Virus record (IMG/VR): IMGVR_UViG_3300028176_000002
Location: 32,497-96,496 of that record
Reading direction: 5' to 3' (one strand)
Length of the DNA: 64,000 nt
Origin: a virus
Below, piece by piece: positions 1 to 9,395 of the stretch. Position 1 is the stretch's first letter. Every line of letters starts with the position of its first letter. A model generated the notes under the pieces. That model did not search any database and was not told the origin of the DNA. It was given only the letters and a program-made list of their open reading frames with translations. A program made the position numbers and the translations under genes.

Positions 1-710
1 TTTCTAAGTAATTTTAAATAATCACCTAATCTTTTTCTATATTCTTTATATTCATCCCCACCAGCAGCATTATTCTTTTTAAATTTAATAGAATTAGTCC
101 AAAATACTTTAACATTACGTTTCTGTAATTCTAAAAACGCTAATTCATGTTCTCCTAGTTTAAATTCCACATCCCATAAGTCTGTGATGCTATTAGTTTT
201 AGCTAAAAATATGTTCATACATATATCTACTTTTTGGAAAGATAAGTTATTAGAAATCATATAATCCTCAGATTTCTTAAAATGAATTCCTTTATTATCA
301 ACATACATATAAAAATTCCATGGAGCTTTGGCATTCTCTAATTCAAATCCAACTACACCATAATTAGATTCAGAATTTAAGAAATCTATAATAGGTTCAA
401 AATTATATTTTTCAGTAAACTGAATTGAATCAGAAGAAACTAAACAATAATCATATCCCAATTCTTTAGCCTTATTAACCAAGAAATTTCTAGCATAACT
501 AAGTCCGCAATCAAAAGGAAGATAATATACTTCACAGGGAATCTGGGATTTAAAATAATCATATGTTATAATCTTTTCATCCGTTTGATATCCCTGGTCT
601 GCAATTAAAACTATACACTCTTCTGTATAATTATCTACAATAGATTGTACCGTTTTGTACAATGCGTAATCTCTTAAAAATGTGGTTATAAGTATTGCTA
701 CTTTATTCAC
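1..710 (-). CDS. GT2-type glycosyltransferase (partial, runs off window)
   Basis: Not in the ORF track. GGAGG RBS, then GTG start MNKVAILITTFLRDYAL..ADQG..LPFDCGLSYARN, matching the GT2 domains of the two neighbouring genes. Confidence 0.75.
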   Translation of the reverse strand, partial: MNKVAILITTFLRDYALYKTVQSIVDNYTEECIVLIADQGYQTDEKIITYDYFKSQIPCEVYYLPFDCGLSYARNFLVNKAKELGYDYCLVSSDSIQFTEKYNFEPIIDFLNSESNYGVVGFELENAKAPWNFYMYVDNKGIHFKKSEDYMISNNLSFQKVDICMNIFLAKTNSITDLWDVEFKLGEHELAFLELQKRNVKVFWTNSIKFKKNNAAGGDEYKEYRKRLGDYLKLLR

Positions 711-883
711 TAATCCTCCAAGTTTACTTCAATAATCGAGGCATTCCAGTAACTGTTTCCCATTAATGGGGTATTTGTTCTTTTGCAACATGTTTCTGCC
801 TTCTTTTTTGAGAGAAATGCTTTTGCAATATGGTGAAAATTTTCTCCTGAATTATATACCACTAAATACACTATTTTACCCAT
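710..883 (-). CDS. Small hypothetical protein (57 aa)
   Basis: Manual translation MGKIVYLVVYNSGENF...EVNLED*; fills the gap and overlaps both neighbours. Confidence 0.5.
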   Translation of the reverse strand: MGKIVYLVVYNSGENFHHIAKAFLSKKKAETCCKRTNTPLMGNSYWNASIIEVNLED

Positions 884-2879
884 TTTTTAATTCCTCCCAG
901 GTCTGTTTAAATGTTTTTTCTAAATAAGCAACTACAGGTATAGGAACATTAATATTTAAATCATAAAGTTTAGCGGGTTTAATGATACGTTTTGGCTCTA
1001 CTTTAATATTAAGCAATTCTTTGCAGTATTCAAATGTTTTTAGAATCAATTCTTTTTCATTTAGAGTAGAAACACCTATATACAGTTTATCGGAAACTAT
1101 GTCTTTTTTGGTAACTGCTTCTAAGCAAGAGTAATTCAATAACCAGAAAACAATAGAATTTTTATTTAGATAATTAATAATCTTAATAATAATTTCCTTC
1201 TGCTCTATATTTATTTTATTAACTTTATTGTATTCTACTGTTTCGAGTTTTTGAATTTTAATTTCAGGGGGTTTTGGTGTATTAGAATCTAAAGGTAAAT
1301 AAGTAACTGGAGTTATAGTGTTTGCTGTTTTTTCTAATTGATATAATGAACTCTTATTAAACGTATAAAAATCAGCGACATTCCAATATACTTTTAGATA
1401 ATCTAACTCTTTTTTTCTTGTCCTTAATGCATTATAAGTAGGATTTTTATTATCATGAACGTGTTTAATTTCTGTTTCAGGACAGAACCCAACAGTATAA
1501 TTAGTTTTTGTTTTAACTAACAAATATACATGCGTATGTTCTATTGTTTTAACATTGTCATCAAAAATATTTGGTACTTCTCTTTTCCACATGGTAAAAT
1601 CAGATACTATATTTGCTCTAAGAAATTTAGTTCCTTTGCTAGTAAATTCCCATTTAGCTAGATTTTTTTCGATTAAATAGTCTAGGGGGAAGTAACAAAT
1701 TTTATTATCTGCTCTATTTAAAAAATATGAATAAGAACCTGTAGTAGCGTATCCTTCTAAGTTTCCACCCACTATACCCAAAGCTGGGTTTTCTTCCAGT
1801 ATTTCTCTAAGTTTATATAAGTTAGTCTTATAAGTAGCCTGGAAATCATCTTCCATATATACTAGATACTTTTCTTTACATAATTCTTTTAAAATTCTTC
1901 TAGTTTTACTAATTCCGCTATCATACGGTATATATTTAATTGTATGACCGAGTTTAGTTAATTTAGCATATAATTTATCCTTTTTTTCGGAATGTTCCCC
2001 CTGGTCAACAATATACATTTTAAATTCCTGTAGATGCAATAGTATGGAGTCTATTAATCTAAAAAGAGATTCATCTCTTAAAAATGTAGAGATTCCGAGT
2101 CCAATATCTTTATTTCTACTACTTTTAATTAAATTTATACCTAGATATTTAATTTTCCAATCAATATCTGACATTTCTTTTCCAGTTACCTTTTCCAGAC
2201 CGTCATCTACGTTTTCTCTAACATAGAAAATATCAGGATAAAATACAAAATTAAATTTTGCTTGTTTAACTCGAATCCAAAATTCCCAGTCTTCATATGG
2301 TATATTTTTATATCCCTTAACTTTTGACCATACGGATTTTTTTAATAGACTGGAACCTGTTAAACGGTTATAATTAACCAAATCTTCTAATGTAAAAGTT
2401 TCATGACCCCAATCAAATGTTTTATTATGAAGGTTAGATTTTAAATTTTTTAGTGTAATTTTATAATTAATTACGTCTGCTTCTGGATGTTTCGCTATAT
2501 GTTTTTTTAAACTTTCCAGTGGATTTTTTGTATAGTAATCATCGTCATCTAGGAACGTAATCCATTCAGATGTACAGTTCTTTATTCCTGTATTCCGTGC
2601 TTCTCCAAGACCTCTATTCGAGCCATGCTCAATATATTTTATTTTTGGATAACAAGAAAGTATATTTTTAATATAATCAGTATGTTCTTTATCAGAACCA
2701 TCATTGACGAGTATTACTTCATCAAATTCTACGAAATATACAGAATCTAAGGCTCGTTTTAACCATGCAGTTCTATTATAGGTAGGTATAATTAAACTAA
2801 TCGTAGGGTTATACATTTTCCCTCCGATTTTCTTTATAATTAATAATAGCACTCTCTCCGAGTGTATACCCTTTTTCAA
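876..2879 (-). CDS. Tandem GT2 glycosyltransferase with degenerate C-terminal LicD-like remnant (likely start 2816)
   Basis: SLIIPTYNR, VNDGS, ARNTG, FLDDDD, EDWEFW; second GT2 domain STFLRD..VDQG..MEDDF. Confidence 0.85.
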   Translation of the reverse strand: MKKGIHSERVLLLIIKKIGGKMYNPTISLIIPTYNRTAWLKRALDSVYFVEFDEVILVNDGSDKEHTDYIKNILSCYPKIKYIEHGSNRGLGEARNTGIKNCTSEWITFLDDDDYYTKNPLESLKKHIAKHPEADVINYKITLKNLKSNLHNKTFDWGHETFTLEDLVNYNRLTGSSLLKKSVWSKVKGYKNIPYEDWEFWIRVKQAKFNFVFYPDIFYVRENVDDGLEKVTGKEMSDIDWKIKYLGINLIKSSRNKDIGLGISTFLRDESLFRLIDSILLHLQEFKMYIVDQGEHSEKKDKLYAKLTKLGHTIKYIPYDSGISKTRRILKELCKEKYLVYMEDDFQATYKTNLYKLREILEENPALGIVGGNLEGYATTGSYSYFLNRADNKICYFPLDYLIEKNLAKWEFTSKGTKFLRANIVSDFTMWKREVPNIFDDNVKTIEHTHVYLLVKTKTNYTVGFCPETEIKHVHDNKNPTYNALRTRKKELDYLKVYWNVADFYTFNKSSLYQLEKTANTITPVTYLPLDSNTPKPPEIKIQKLETVEYNKVNKINIEQKEIIIKIINYLNKNSIVFWLLNYSCLEAVTKKDIVSDKLYIGVSTLNEKELILKTFEYCKELLNIKVEPKRIIKPAKLYDLNINVPIPVVAYLEKTFKQTWEELKNG

Positions 2880-4716
2880 TACCGTATTTTTCGTATATAA
2901 AATTATAATACATTCTTTTTCTCATTTCACGGTATTTTTCATCATCTACTGGATGCTGGTGTTCAATTAAAACATCTGGAATAAACGCTATTTTAACATT
3001 GCTATTTAATTTTATATTTAAGAAAAAATCCATGTGTTCAGAATGTATTTTATGTTTGATATCCCAGGGATTATTTTTTAAGACTTCAGTTTTAGCTAAA
3101 AAGAAGTTATAAATGATGTCGCATATACCATATTTTATTTGATTTATCTGGTGAGGTTCTATAGTTTTATTATCTACTAATTTATTCCACTCTATCGAAA
3201 GTAAAATTTTATCTAGTATGAACAAAAATTTCTCATAAGATTTTACTTGACCTTCTTGCCACAATCTTCCGCCCACTATTCCAATATCTTTATTAGCTGA
3301 AAAAACCTCCATCATATTATATATATTCGTGTTACGTGTTAGAATAAAATCATCTTCTAATAATAAAGTATACTGCGTTTTTACCTGCTTAACTAACTCA
3401 TTTCGGGCATAACTTAGTCCACAGTCTTCTGGTAGTTGTAAAACAGTAACGTTTTCATGTGTTATATTTATAGGTTCTTTATTTTGACTTCCTATAATTA
3501 GAGGAATATCTGGGTATAAATTACAGAAGGATTTAACTAACCTATCTAATGACTTTTCTCTATTTAAAGTAGTAACTACTGCAGTAATTGCAGAATAAGT
3601 GTTATCTGTATTAGAAAACTGTGTAAATTCCCAACCTGGATTAGGTATTCTCCAACTTTCGCCATATAAATAGGCTAAATATTTTTCTGACTCATTTGGC
3701 ACTCTAAATTTAGTTCCTAAGAAATCGATATATTTTAGAGGAACTATTAAATCTAGCGGAACTTTCATTCTCCATTCTTCATTCCAGTGTTTATGTATTC
3801 TATTGGGTTTATAAGAATAACAGTATGAATATTTTTCATCTGAAGTATGAAAAAATAAATCTACGTGTGGATGATTAGTATTTCCTTTATATACCGCCAA
3901 TTCCTTATCCCACTGATATTTATATTTAAAATCTGACTTATCCAAAATTTCCTTTACCTTCCATCTATCGTTTATATCCAAACTTATATCAATATCGTTT
4001 GGGTCGTGTGCTATAAAATCTTTATCTCTCACTGCACCTAATAGAGTACCTGTTTGTAACCAGAATTGAATACCATTAAAATCTAGAAGAGATTTTAAAT
4101 CTAATAGCAATTCTTTTTGTGTGAATATTTTGTTGGTAGGGACACTTCTAACTCCATTAAAATATTGGTATAACTGTTTGTTTGGTACTGCGGGTTTATA
4201 CGATAATGGAGTTATCCATTTTTTCCCATATAGCACTTCTAGCATTTTCTCTGGATTCTTAGGTATATTAAATATTTCTCCCTTTAATTCTATTTGTTTA
4301 AAGGGCAGTATATCTTCTTTATTTAATTCCCCATTAATATGATAAAAAGTATAGAATTTATCATCTTCTCCAATCCAACCGTGCCATCCGTCAAACCAAT
4401 TCTTTTCAACAAAATAATGGTTTTGTCCTAAAAAATGTAAATCTCCGCATAACCGTTTTTCGTTATGAAATTTATTATCAATATCAATTATCTGTTTTTT
4501 TACTTCTTCTTTAATATTTACAGTATGAAAAATAATAATATCAAAATCATTGTCAGATAAGATTAAATCTCTTTCTCGCATAGCACCAAGAAGAGTACCG
4601 CCATATAAGAGAATATCATACCCCATTTTCTTAAAATCGGTTTCTAATGTTTTAAGTTTTTTAATTGCTGAATCTTTATCTTCTTCGGTCCAATCTCTAA
4701 AAAATGGGTAACTCAT
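2809..4716 (-). CDS. LicD-LicD-GT2 fusion (phosphotransferase plus glycosyltransferase)
   Basis: Two GTLLGA(M/V)R...D-x-D-x-D motifs, then GT2 motifs GLSYARN and LLEDDF. Confidence 0.85.
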   Translation of the reverse strand: MSYPFFRDWTEEDKDSAIKKLKTLETDFKKMGYDILLYGGTLLGAMRERDLILSDNDFDIIIFHTVNIKEEVKKQIIDIDNKFHNEKRLCGDLHFLGQNHYFVEKNWFDGWHGWIGEDDKFYTFYHINGELNKEDILPFKQIELKGEIFNIPKNPEKMLEVLYGKKWITPLSYKPAVPNKQLYQYFNGVRSVPTNKIFTQKELLLDLKSLLDFNGIQFWLQTGTLLGAVRDKDFIAHDPNDIDISLDINDRWKVKEILDKSDFKYKYQWDKELAVYKGNTNHPHVDLFFHTSDEKYSYCYSYKPNRIHKHWNEEWRMKVPLDLIVPLKYIDFLGTKFRVPNESEKYLAYLYGESWRIPNPGWEFTQFSNTDNTYSAITAVVTTLNREKSLDRLVKSFCNLYPDIPLIIGSQNKEPINITHENVTVLQLPEDCGLSYARNELVKQVKTQYTLLLEDDFILTRNTNIYNMMEVFSANKDIGIVGGRLWQEGQVKSYEKFLFILDKILLSIEWNKLVDNKTIEPHQINQIKYGICDIIYNFFLAKTEVLKNNPWDIKHKIHSEHMDFFLNIKLNSNVKIAFIPDVLIEHQHPVDDEKYREMRKRMYYNFIYEKYGIEKGYTLGESAIINYKENRRENV

Positions 4717-5219
4717 TAATTACTCCTCTTTGCTTGCGATTTAATAATACGCACCGCACTGTTAATAATCTTTTCTTTAATTTTAGAAGATGATAATCGC
4801 TTAGTATAAGGGATAAAAGCAATCTTATTATTATCTCTAAGCCAATTTATGCCGGGATTATCTTTTCGATTCTTCCAATCATCTCCTACAACGAATAAAT
4901 CCGCTTTCAATTGGATAAATTGTTCAATATCTACTAATTTAGTTTGCTTAACAACCTTATCCACTATCTTTAATTCTTTAATAATAGCAGTCCTATCTTT
5001 ATAGCAGATTATAGGACGCATGCCTTTATGCTGTAAAATGAGGGAATCTGTAGAAACCCCTACAATCAGATAGGTTCCCATTGCCTTAGCTTGTTTAAGG
5101 ACATTGATATGCCCAAAATGAAGTAAATCGAATGAGCCGGCAGTGAATATTACTTTAATTTTTGATGACATTTTACGCATAGTGTAATTCCCCAGATAAT
5201 GTTCCACATTAATTTGCAA
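4716..5219 (-). CDS. TagD-like glycerol-3-phosphate cytidylyltransferase (likely start 5171)
   Basis: GSFDLLHFGH (HxGH), VGVSTD, GDDW, YTKRLSSSKIK. Confidence 0.85.
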   Translation of the reverse strand: MQINVEHYLGNYTMRKMSSKIKVIFTAGSFDLLHFGHINVLKQAKAMGTYLIVGVSTDSLILQHKGMRPIICYKDRTAIIKELKIVDKVVKQTKLVDIEQFIQLKADLFVVGDDWKNRKDNPGINWLRDNNKIAFIPYTKRLSSSKIKEKIINSAVRIIKSQAKRSN

Positions 5220-5791
5220 CTTCTAATGTCAATAATGGATTTTAATTGATACATTTCTATTATACAAACAACTGGTATTTTATGATGAGCATTTATATTG
5301 CCTTTTGCACCACATACTTGGCAAGTATAATCATCTCGTTTAAACACCCTATTTCTCCAATTCTTATATTTTAACGAAGCGTAAACCAACAAATTTAAAG
5401 TTGTTCTTCCACCTTTCCAATTCGGATTTTTATTTCCACTTATGTCATTATTTTTATAATATAATTTTTTATTACAGCTTTTACAACGTAAACTAATCCC
5501 TTTACCTAATTTCTTTTCACAATCAAGACAAAATTCTACTTTGCAATATTTTCCATGTTTAAAACTTGGAGCAGATGTACCATTTTTACCAAACATAGGA
5601 TTATTTACTCCAGCCATTTCTTTGCTCCGTTTTTCTTTTTGCTTTTTACTAAACCTGAATCCAAACATAGGATTTCCTGTTCCCGCCAACGTCTTATAAT
5701 AACATTCACGACATAATTTATTACTGTTATAATGAGCAGTTTTAGATAGTTTTTTATCGCATCGAAGACAGTAGACTGATTTAATCATCAA
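5150..5791 (-). CDS. HNH endonuclease with NPMFG repeats
   Basis: RDDYTCQVCG...AHH...GITLCVKCH. Confidence 0.8.
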   Translation of the reverse strand: MMIKSVYCLRCDKKLSKTAHYNSNKLCRECYYKTLAGTGNPMFGFRFSKKQKEKRSKEMAGVNNPMFGKNGTSAPSFKHGKYCKVEFCLDCEKKLGKGISLRCKSCNKKLYYKNNDISGNKNPNWKGGRTTLNLLVYASLKYKNWRNRVFKRDDYTCQVCGAKGNINAHHKIPVVCIIEMYQLKSIIDIRSCKLMWNIIWGITLCVKCHQKLK

Positions 5792-6311
5792 AAAGCACCA
5801 AACCTATTCTGTAGAAGTAGTCTTTTACTGGAAACTTTAAATTTAATTTGGTTATTTTTTTAACCGCAGCGACTACATCTAGTCCTGTTCCCTCCAATGG
5901 AATGATTGCCTTATCAGGAAATCGACATGGAAACGAACATACATCGCAATTCTTGCAGGAGCCAGCACCAAAACATACTCCAAAATGCCCATCTGATAAT
6001 AGTTTTGCTCTAATTGCGAATAATTTGTCCTGTATTTCTTTACTAGATGAAACTCCCAATTCTTTCCAATTTTCAGGATTTTCTATCAAAAATTTCTTAA
6101 ATACCAGTGCCCCATGCTCAAATTTAGGTAGAATCTTTTTATAATAGCTTACTGATTCAATAAAAGGGGGACACTGTGCCTTGAACCCGTACCTTTTACA
6201 GCTTTTACAGTATTCTCTTACTTTATCACTAAAAAATTCTTCCAATATCTTCGGGTCAAACATTATCTGTTTCATAACTTCCCTCCTATAATAATTTCGG
6301 GTACTGAACAT
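5781..6311 (-). CDS. Cys-rich metal-binding protein (DUF2284-like)
   Basis: CKSCKRYG..CPP; GAGSCKNCDVC..CRFP..LEGTGLDV. Confidence 0.7.
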   Translation of the reverse strand: MFSTRNYYRREVMKQIMFDPKILEEFFSDKVREYCKSCKRYGFKAQCPPFIESVSYYKKILPKFEHGALVFKKFLIENPENWKELGVSSSKEIQDKLFAIRAKLLSDGHFGVCFGAGSCKNCDVCSFPCRFPDKAIIPLEGTGLDVVAAVKKITKLNLKFPVKDYFYRIGLVLFDD

Positions 6312-6883
6312 TCTTTCGGTAACTTAATTAACATTTTAATTATCTTTGCAATTTCTTTCGTTGAAACTGTTTTAAAATTACCCGGGCAAACAATTGTACT
6401 GTAAATTCTCGGGTTATATTCAGCATTGATACATTGCGTAAGTCCTCTAAGAGCAAATTTAGACATAGTATAAATAGATTTATTTGGTGCTCCTGTAATA
6501 GACCTAGTAGAACCAATGTTAAGTATTAATCCTTCTTTCATTAATTTAATTGCTTCTTGGGTCATATAAAATGTTCCTTTAATATTTAAATCAATTAATC
6601 TCTCAATTTCAAATGGCGGATACGCTGTTAATGGACGAAATTCTCCTAGCATACCTGCATTGTTTATTAGAACATCAATCCTTCCCCATTTTTCAAAAGT
6701 TTTGTACATCAATATCCCAGCATCACCTTGATTGGTTATGTCTCCTTTAACAACCAGACGGTTTTTAGATTCGATATTATAAGAACTCCGGCTTATAGTT
6801 GCAATGTTATACTCGGATAAAGATTGCATAATATCTTTTCCTAATCCCCTACTCGTTCCTGAAATAACGATTACTTTTTTCAT
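6272..6883 (-). CDS. Short-chain dehydrogenase/reductase
   Basis: SGTSRGLG, NNAG, YTMSK (YxxxK). Confidence 0.9.
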   Translation of the reverse strand: MKKVIVISGTSRGLGKDIMQSLSEYNIATISRSSYNIESKNRLVVKGDITNQGDAGILMYKTFEKWGRIDVLINNAGMLGEFRPLTAYPPFEIERLIDLNIKGTFYMTQEAIKLMKEGLILNIGSTRSITGAPNKSIYTMSKFALRGLTQCINAEYNPRIYSTIVCPGNFKTVSTKEIAKIIKMLIKLPKECSVPEIIIGGKL

Positions 6884-7569
6884 TAAAATTCCTTCTGTTT
6901 ATTATTTAGATATTTATCTTTTTTTATTAAGTTATCTTTCGCCCACAAGGGCTGTAAATTCGTGTAATTAAAACATTTACGCTGTTCGTCGGGTTTACTT
7001 AAATCGAACGATGCACATGGTTTTATGTGGTCGCAATGTATTTCCCCATTTAATACTTTATCCCATTTCATTCCTTGTGTAAATTTAGATTGATAATATT
7101 TAATGAAAAACGATATGGAACACCCTAGCAAATCTATAGTAGACATTGATTTGTTTTTTCCTCTTAAAACATTGCCAACCCGATTTCTTAAACAACAAGC
7201 AATTTTAAAGTTAATATCTGTTTTTAATCTATTTTTTACATATTCTCTTGCAACCTCTGCTATTCTTTTTTTGTTATTTTTCCTATATTTAGTCATATAA
7301 ACTTGATTTTCTTTTGCATTATTCTTTTTCCATTCTTTTGAAAGTTCATTTAATTTTTCTTTATGAGTTTCATAGTATTCTTTTGTTATTTTTGTAATGT
7401 GTGTGTGATTCAGTTTTAAGTATTTTTTCCTATCTTTTTTATGCAGTTTTTGATATAATTTACTTCTACTTAAATTTGCCTGTTTAGCACATATATAAGA
7501 ACAGTATTTTTGATTGTTGGATTTTCTTTTGTAAATGCATTTACAAACTATACAAGTTTTATTGTTCAT
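6883..7569 (-). CDS. HNH-type endonuclease (DHIxPC...NLQPLW family, copy 1)
   Basis: HCDHIKPCASFDL...CFNYTNLQPLWAKDN. Confidence 0.8.
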   Translation of the reverse strand: MNNKTCIVCKCIYKRKSNNQKYCSYICAKQANLSRSKLYQKLHKKDRKKYLKLNHTHITKITKEYYETHKEKLNELSKEWKKNNAKENQVYMTKYRKNNKKRIAEVAREYVKNRLKTDINFKIACCLRNRVGNVLRGKNKSMSTIDLLGCSISFFIKYYQSKFTQGMKWDKVLNGEIHCDHIKPCASFDLSKPDEQRKCFNYTNLQPLWAKDNLIKKDKYLNNKQKEF

Positions 7570-7811
7570 TATAAATTTTTTGCTCTCGGTTTTGGCACTA
7601 ATATAAAATTACTATCTTCGTTTGCATACACAGAACCTTTTCTAGTTAATTTATTAAGTTCTTTTATTAAATTAGGAAGATATTTAATCTTCTTCCAATC
7701 ATATGTAAGCATGATTAGAAATGCTGCCCACAATAATATCGTCCAACTAATTCTTTTTCTCATATGCCTTCCCACTTTTTTGCCATACGCTATAGGCTTG
7801 GTTAATGTCAT
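7569..7811 (-). CDS. Small membrane protein (likely start at the internal MRKR)
   Basis: One hydrophobic stretch; packed in the operon. Confidence 0.5.
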   Translation of the reverse strand: MTLTKPIAYGKKVGRHMRKRISWTILLWAAFLIMLTYDWKKIKYLPNLIKELNKLTRKGSVYANEDSNFILVPKPRAKNL

Positions 7812-8298
7812 TAATATCCACTGGTTGAAATTCCCAGCAATCCACTGATAAATCTACAATTACTGATTTCTTACCTAATCTTTTAAATACCCCCTCATTT
7901 CCATGAGTATGTCCGCAGAAATTAAATTTAAAATCATCTCTTGCATGTCTCGGATTGTGAGTCATATGAATCTTATGACCCCCAAAATTCACATTAATAG
8001 ATTCAATAATTGTTTTAGTGCCATTATTTGAATCATGATTTCCATCAATAAAAATAATATTTCTACATTTTATCTGATTTCTATAATAATCAAAGGCATT
8101 CTGAGGTGCATCTTTTGCCTCAGTGGATTTCTTCATGCAAAAATCTCCCAGAAAAAATAATACATCATTCTCATCAATCAATTCATTACAGTTTCTAATA
8201 ATAGTTTCATCCATCTCTAAAGTGGTTTTAAATGGGCGTTTGCAGTATTCAATTATTTTTCCATGCCCGAGATGAAAATCCGATGCGAACCAGTTCAC
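7747..8298 (-). CDS. Calcineurin-like metallophosphoesterase
   Basis: SDFHLGH, LGDF, GNHD, GHTH. Confidence 0.9.
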   Translation of the reverse strand: MNWFASDFHLGHGKIIEYCKRPFKTTLEMDETIIRNCNELIDENDVLFFLGDFCMKKSTEAKDAPQNAFDYYRNQIKCRNIIFIDGNHDSNNGTKTIIESINVNFGGHKIHMTHNPRHARDDFKFNFCGHTHGNEGVFKRLGKKSVIVDLSVDCWEFQPVDINDINQAYSVWQKSGKAYEKKN

Positions 8299-8777
8299 CT
8301 TTTTCTCCTTTTTATTATTTGTCCTACTTTAATCATTTCGCTATATGTTAAATATTTGCTCTTTATTGAATTACATATAGAACAACATAGTGCTATATTA
8401 TCAATGCAATAACCTCTAAGACTATCTTTTCTGTCTATTGTTAAACGATGGAAAACACCTTTTATATCTTTTATTGCTTCCGCTTCTGATTTACCGCAGT
8501 AAACACATAACTTTTCTTGTTTCTCATACCACATTATAAAATCTTCTTTATTCAAATTAAATTCAACTGCTCTCTGTTTTGCATGTGCTTTTAATGCTTT
8601 ATATATTCCCGCAGAGGAATACCAATATTTTTTTGCGGAAAGTTTTTGTTTAGGGTGTTGCCAATTTTTCCTGCAGCACGAATTACACCAATAATGCAAA
8701 CCAAATTTATCGTTCCCCCGATTAAACTGGTTAAATTTTTTATTTGATTTACATTTACTGCATATTTTACTTCGCAT
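8295..8777 (-). CDS. HNH-like endonuclease (IDRxD..GY...N..CC..CN family)
   Basis: CVYCG...LTIDRKDSLRGYCIDNIALCCSICNSIKS. Confidence 0.75.
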   Translation of the reverse strand: MRSKICSKCKSNKKFNQFNRGNDKFGLHYWCNSCCRKNWQHPKQKLSAKKYWYSSAGIYKALKAHAKQRAVEFNLNKEDFIMWYEKQEKLCVYCGKSEAEAIKDIKGVFHRLTIDRKDSLRGYCIDNIALCCSICNSIKSKYLTYSEMIKVGQIIKRRKR

Positions 8778-8786
8778 TATTTCTCC

Positions 8787-9395
8787 TTATATTATTTTAT
8801 CAACAATACCGTATTGTAAAGCTTCATCCGCAAACAACCACAGTTCTCCATTCCGAATCTGATTCATTTGTTTAGCAATTAAGTGTGTTTTATTCTTTAA
8901 TATTGCATCCATTCGCTTTTCCAGCTTAATTAAGAATGTAGTTCTATCTTTAATATGGGTTAAATAATCACCAACCATATCGCTAGAACAATGTTGCATC
9001 CAAACCGCATTTCTAGTGATATAGCGTTTGTTTCCTACAACGCTAATCATCGCTGCCATTGAGCATGCTTCTCCTGTTATAATCGTATTCACAGGAGCTT
9101 TTATAGCATGAATTGTGTCGATAATTGCTAAACCATAGCAAACCATCCCTCCGGGACTATTTATTTCTAGGGTGATTGGCTTTCTTTCATCCAAATAGTT
9201 CATTGCTCTTAATTTTGAGCAAACCATATCAGAAGAAAGATTATTAATTTCATCATACAAAAGGATGTACCTATTTTTGTTTAGAATCTTATAATAAAAT
9301 TCTTCAGAATATTTATCATCCTTTTTGTCGCATTCTTCGTGCTCATCTTTTTTATACATCACTGCCTCCTTCGTAGTCAAGCCTTTTCCATTCAT
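8787..9395 (-). CDS. clpP: ClpP-family protease subunit
   Basis: INSPGG, ACSMA (catalytic Ser), MQH, EALQYGIVDKI. Confidence 0.85.
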   Translation of the reverse strand: MNGKGLTTKEAVMYKKDEHEECDKKDDKYSEEFYYKILNKNRYILLYDEINNLSSDMVCSKLRAMNYLDERKPITLEINSPGGMVCYGLAIIDTIHAIKAPVNTIITGEACSMAAMISVVGNKRYITRNAVWMQHCSSDMVGDYLTHIKDRTTFLIKLEKRMDAILKNKTHLIAKQMNQIRNGELWLFADEALQYGIVDKII

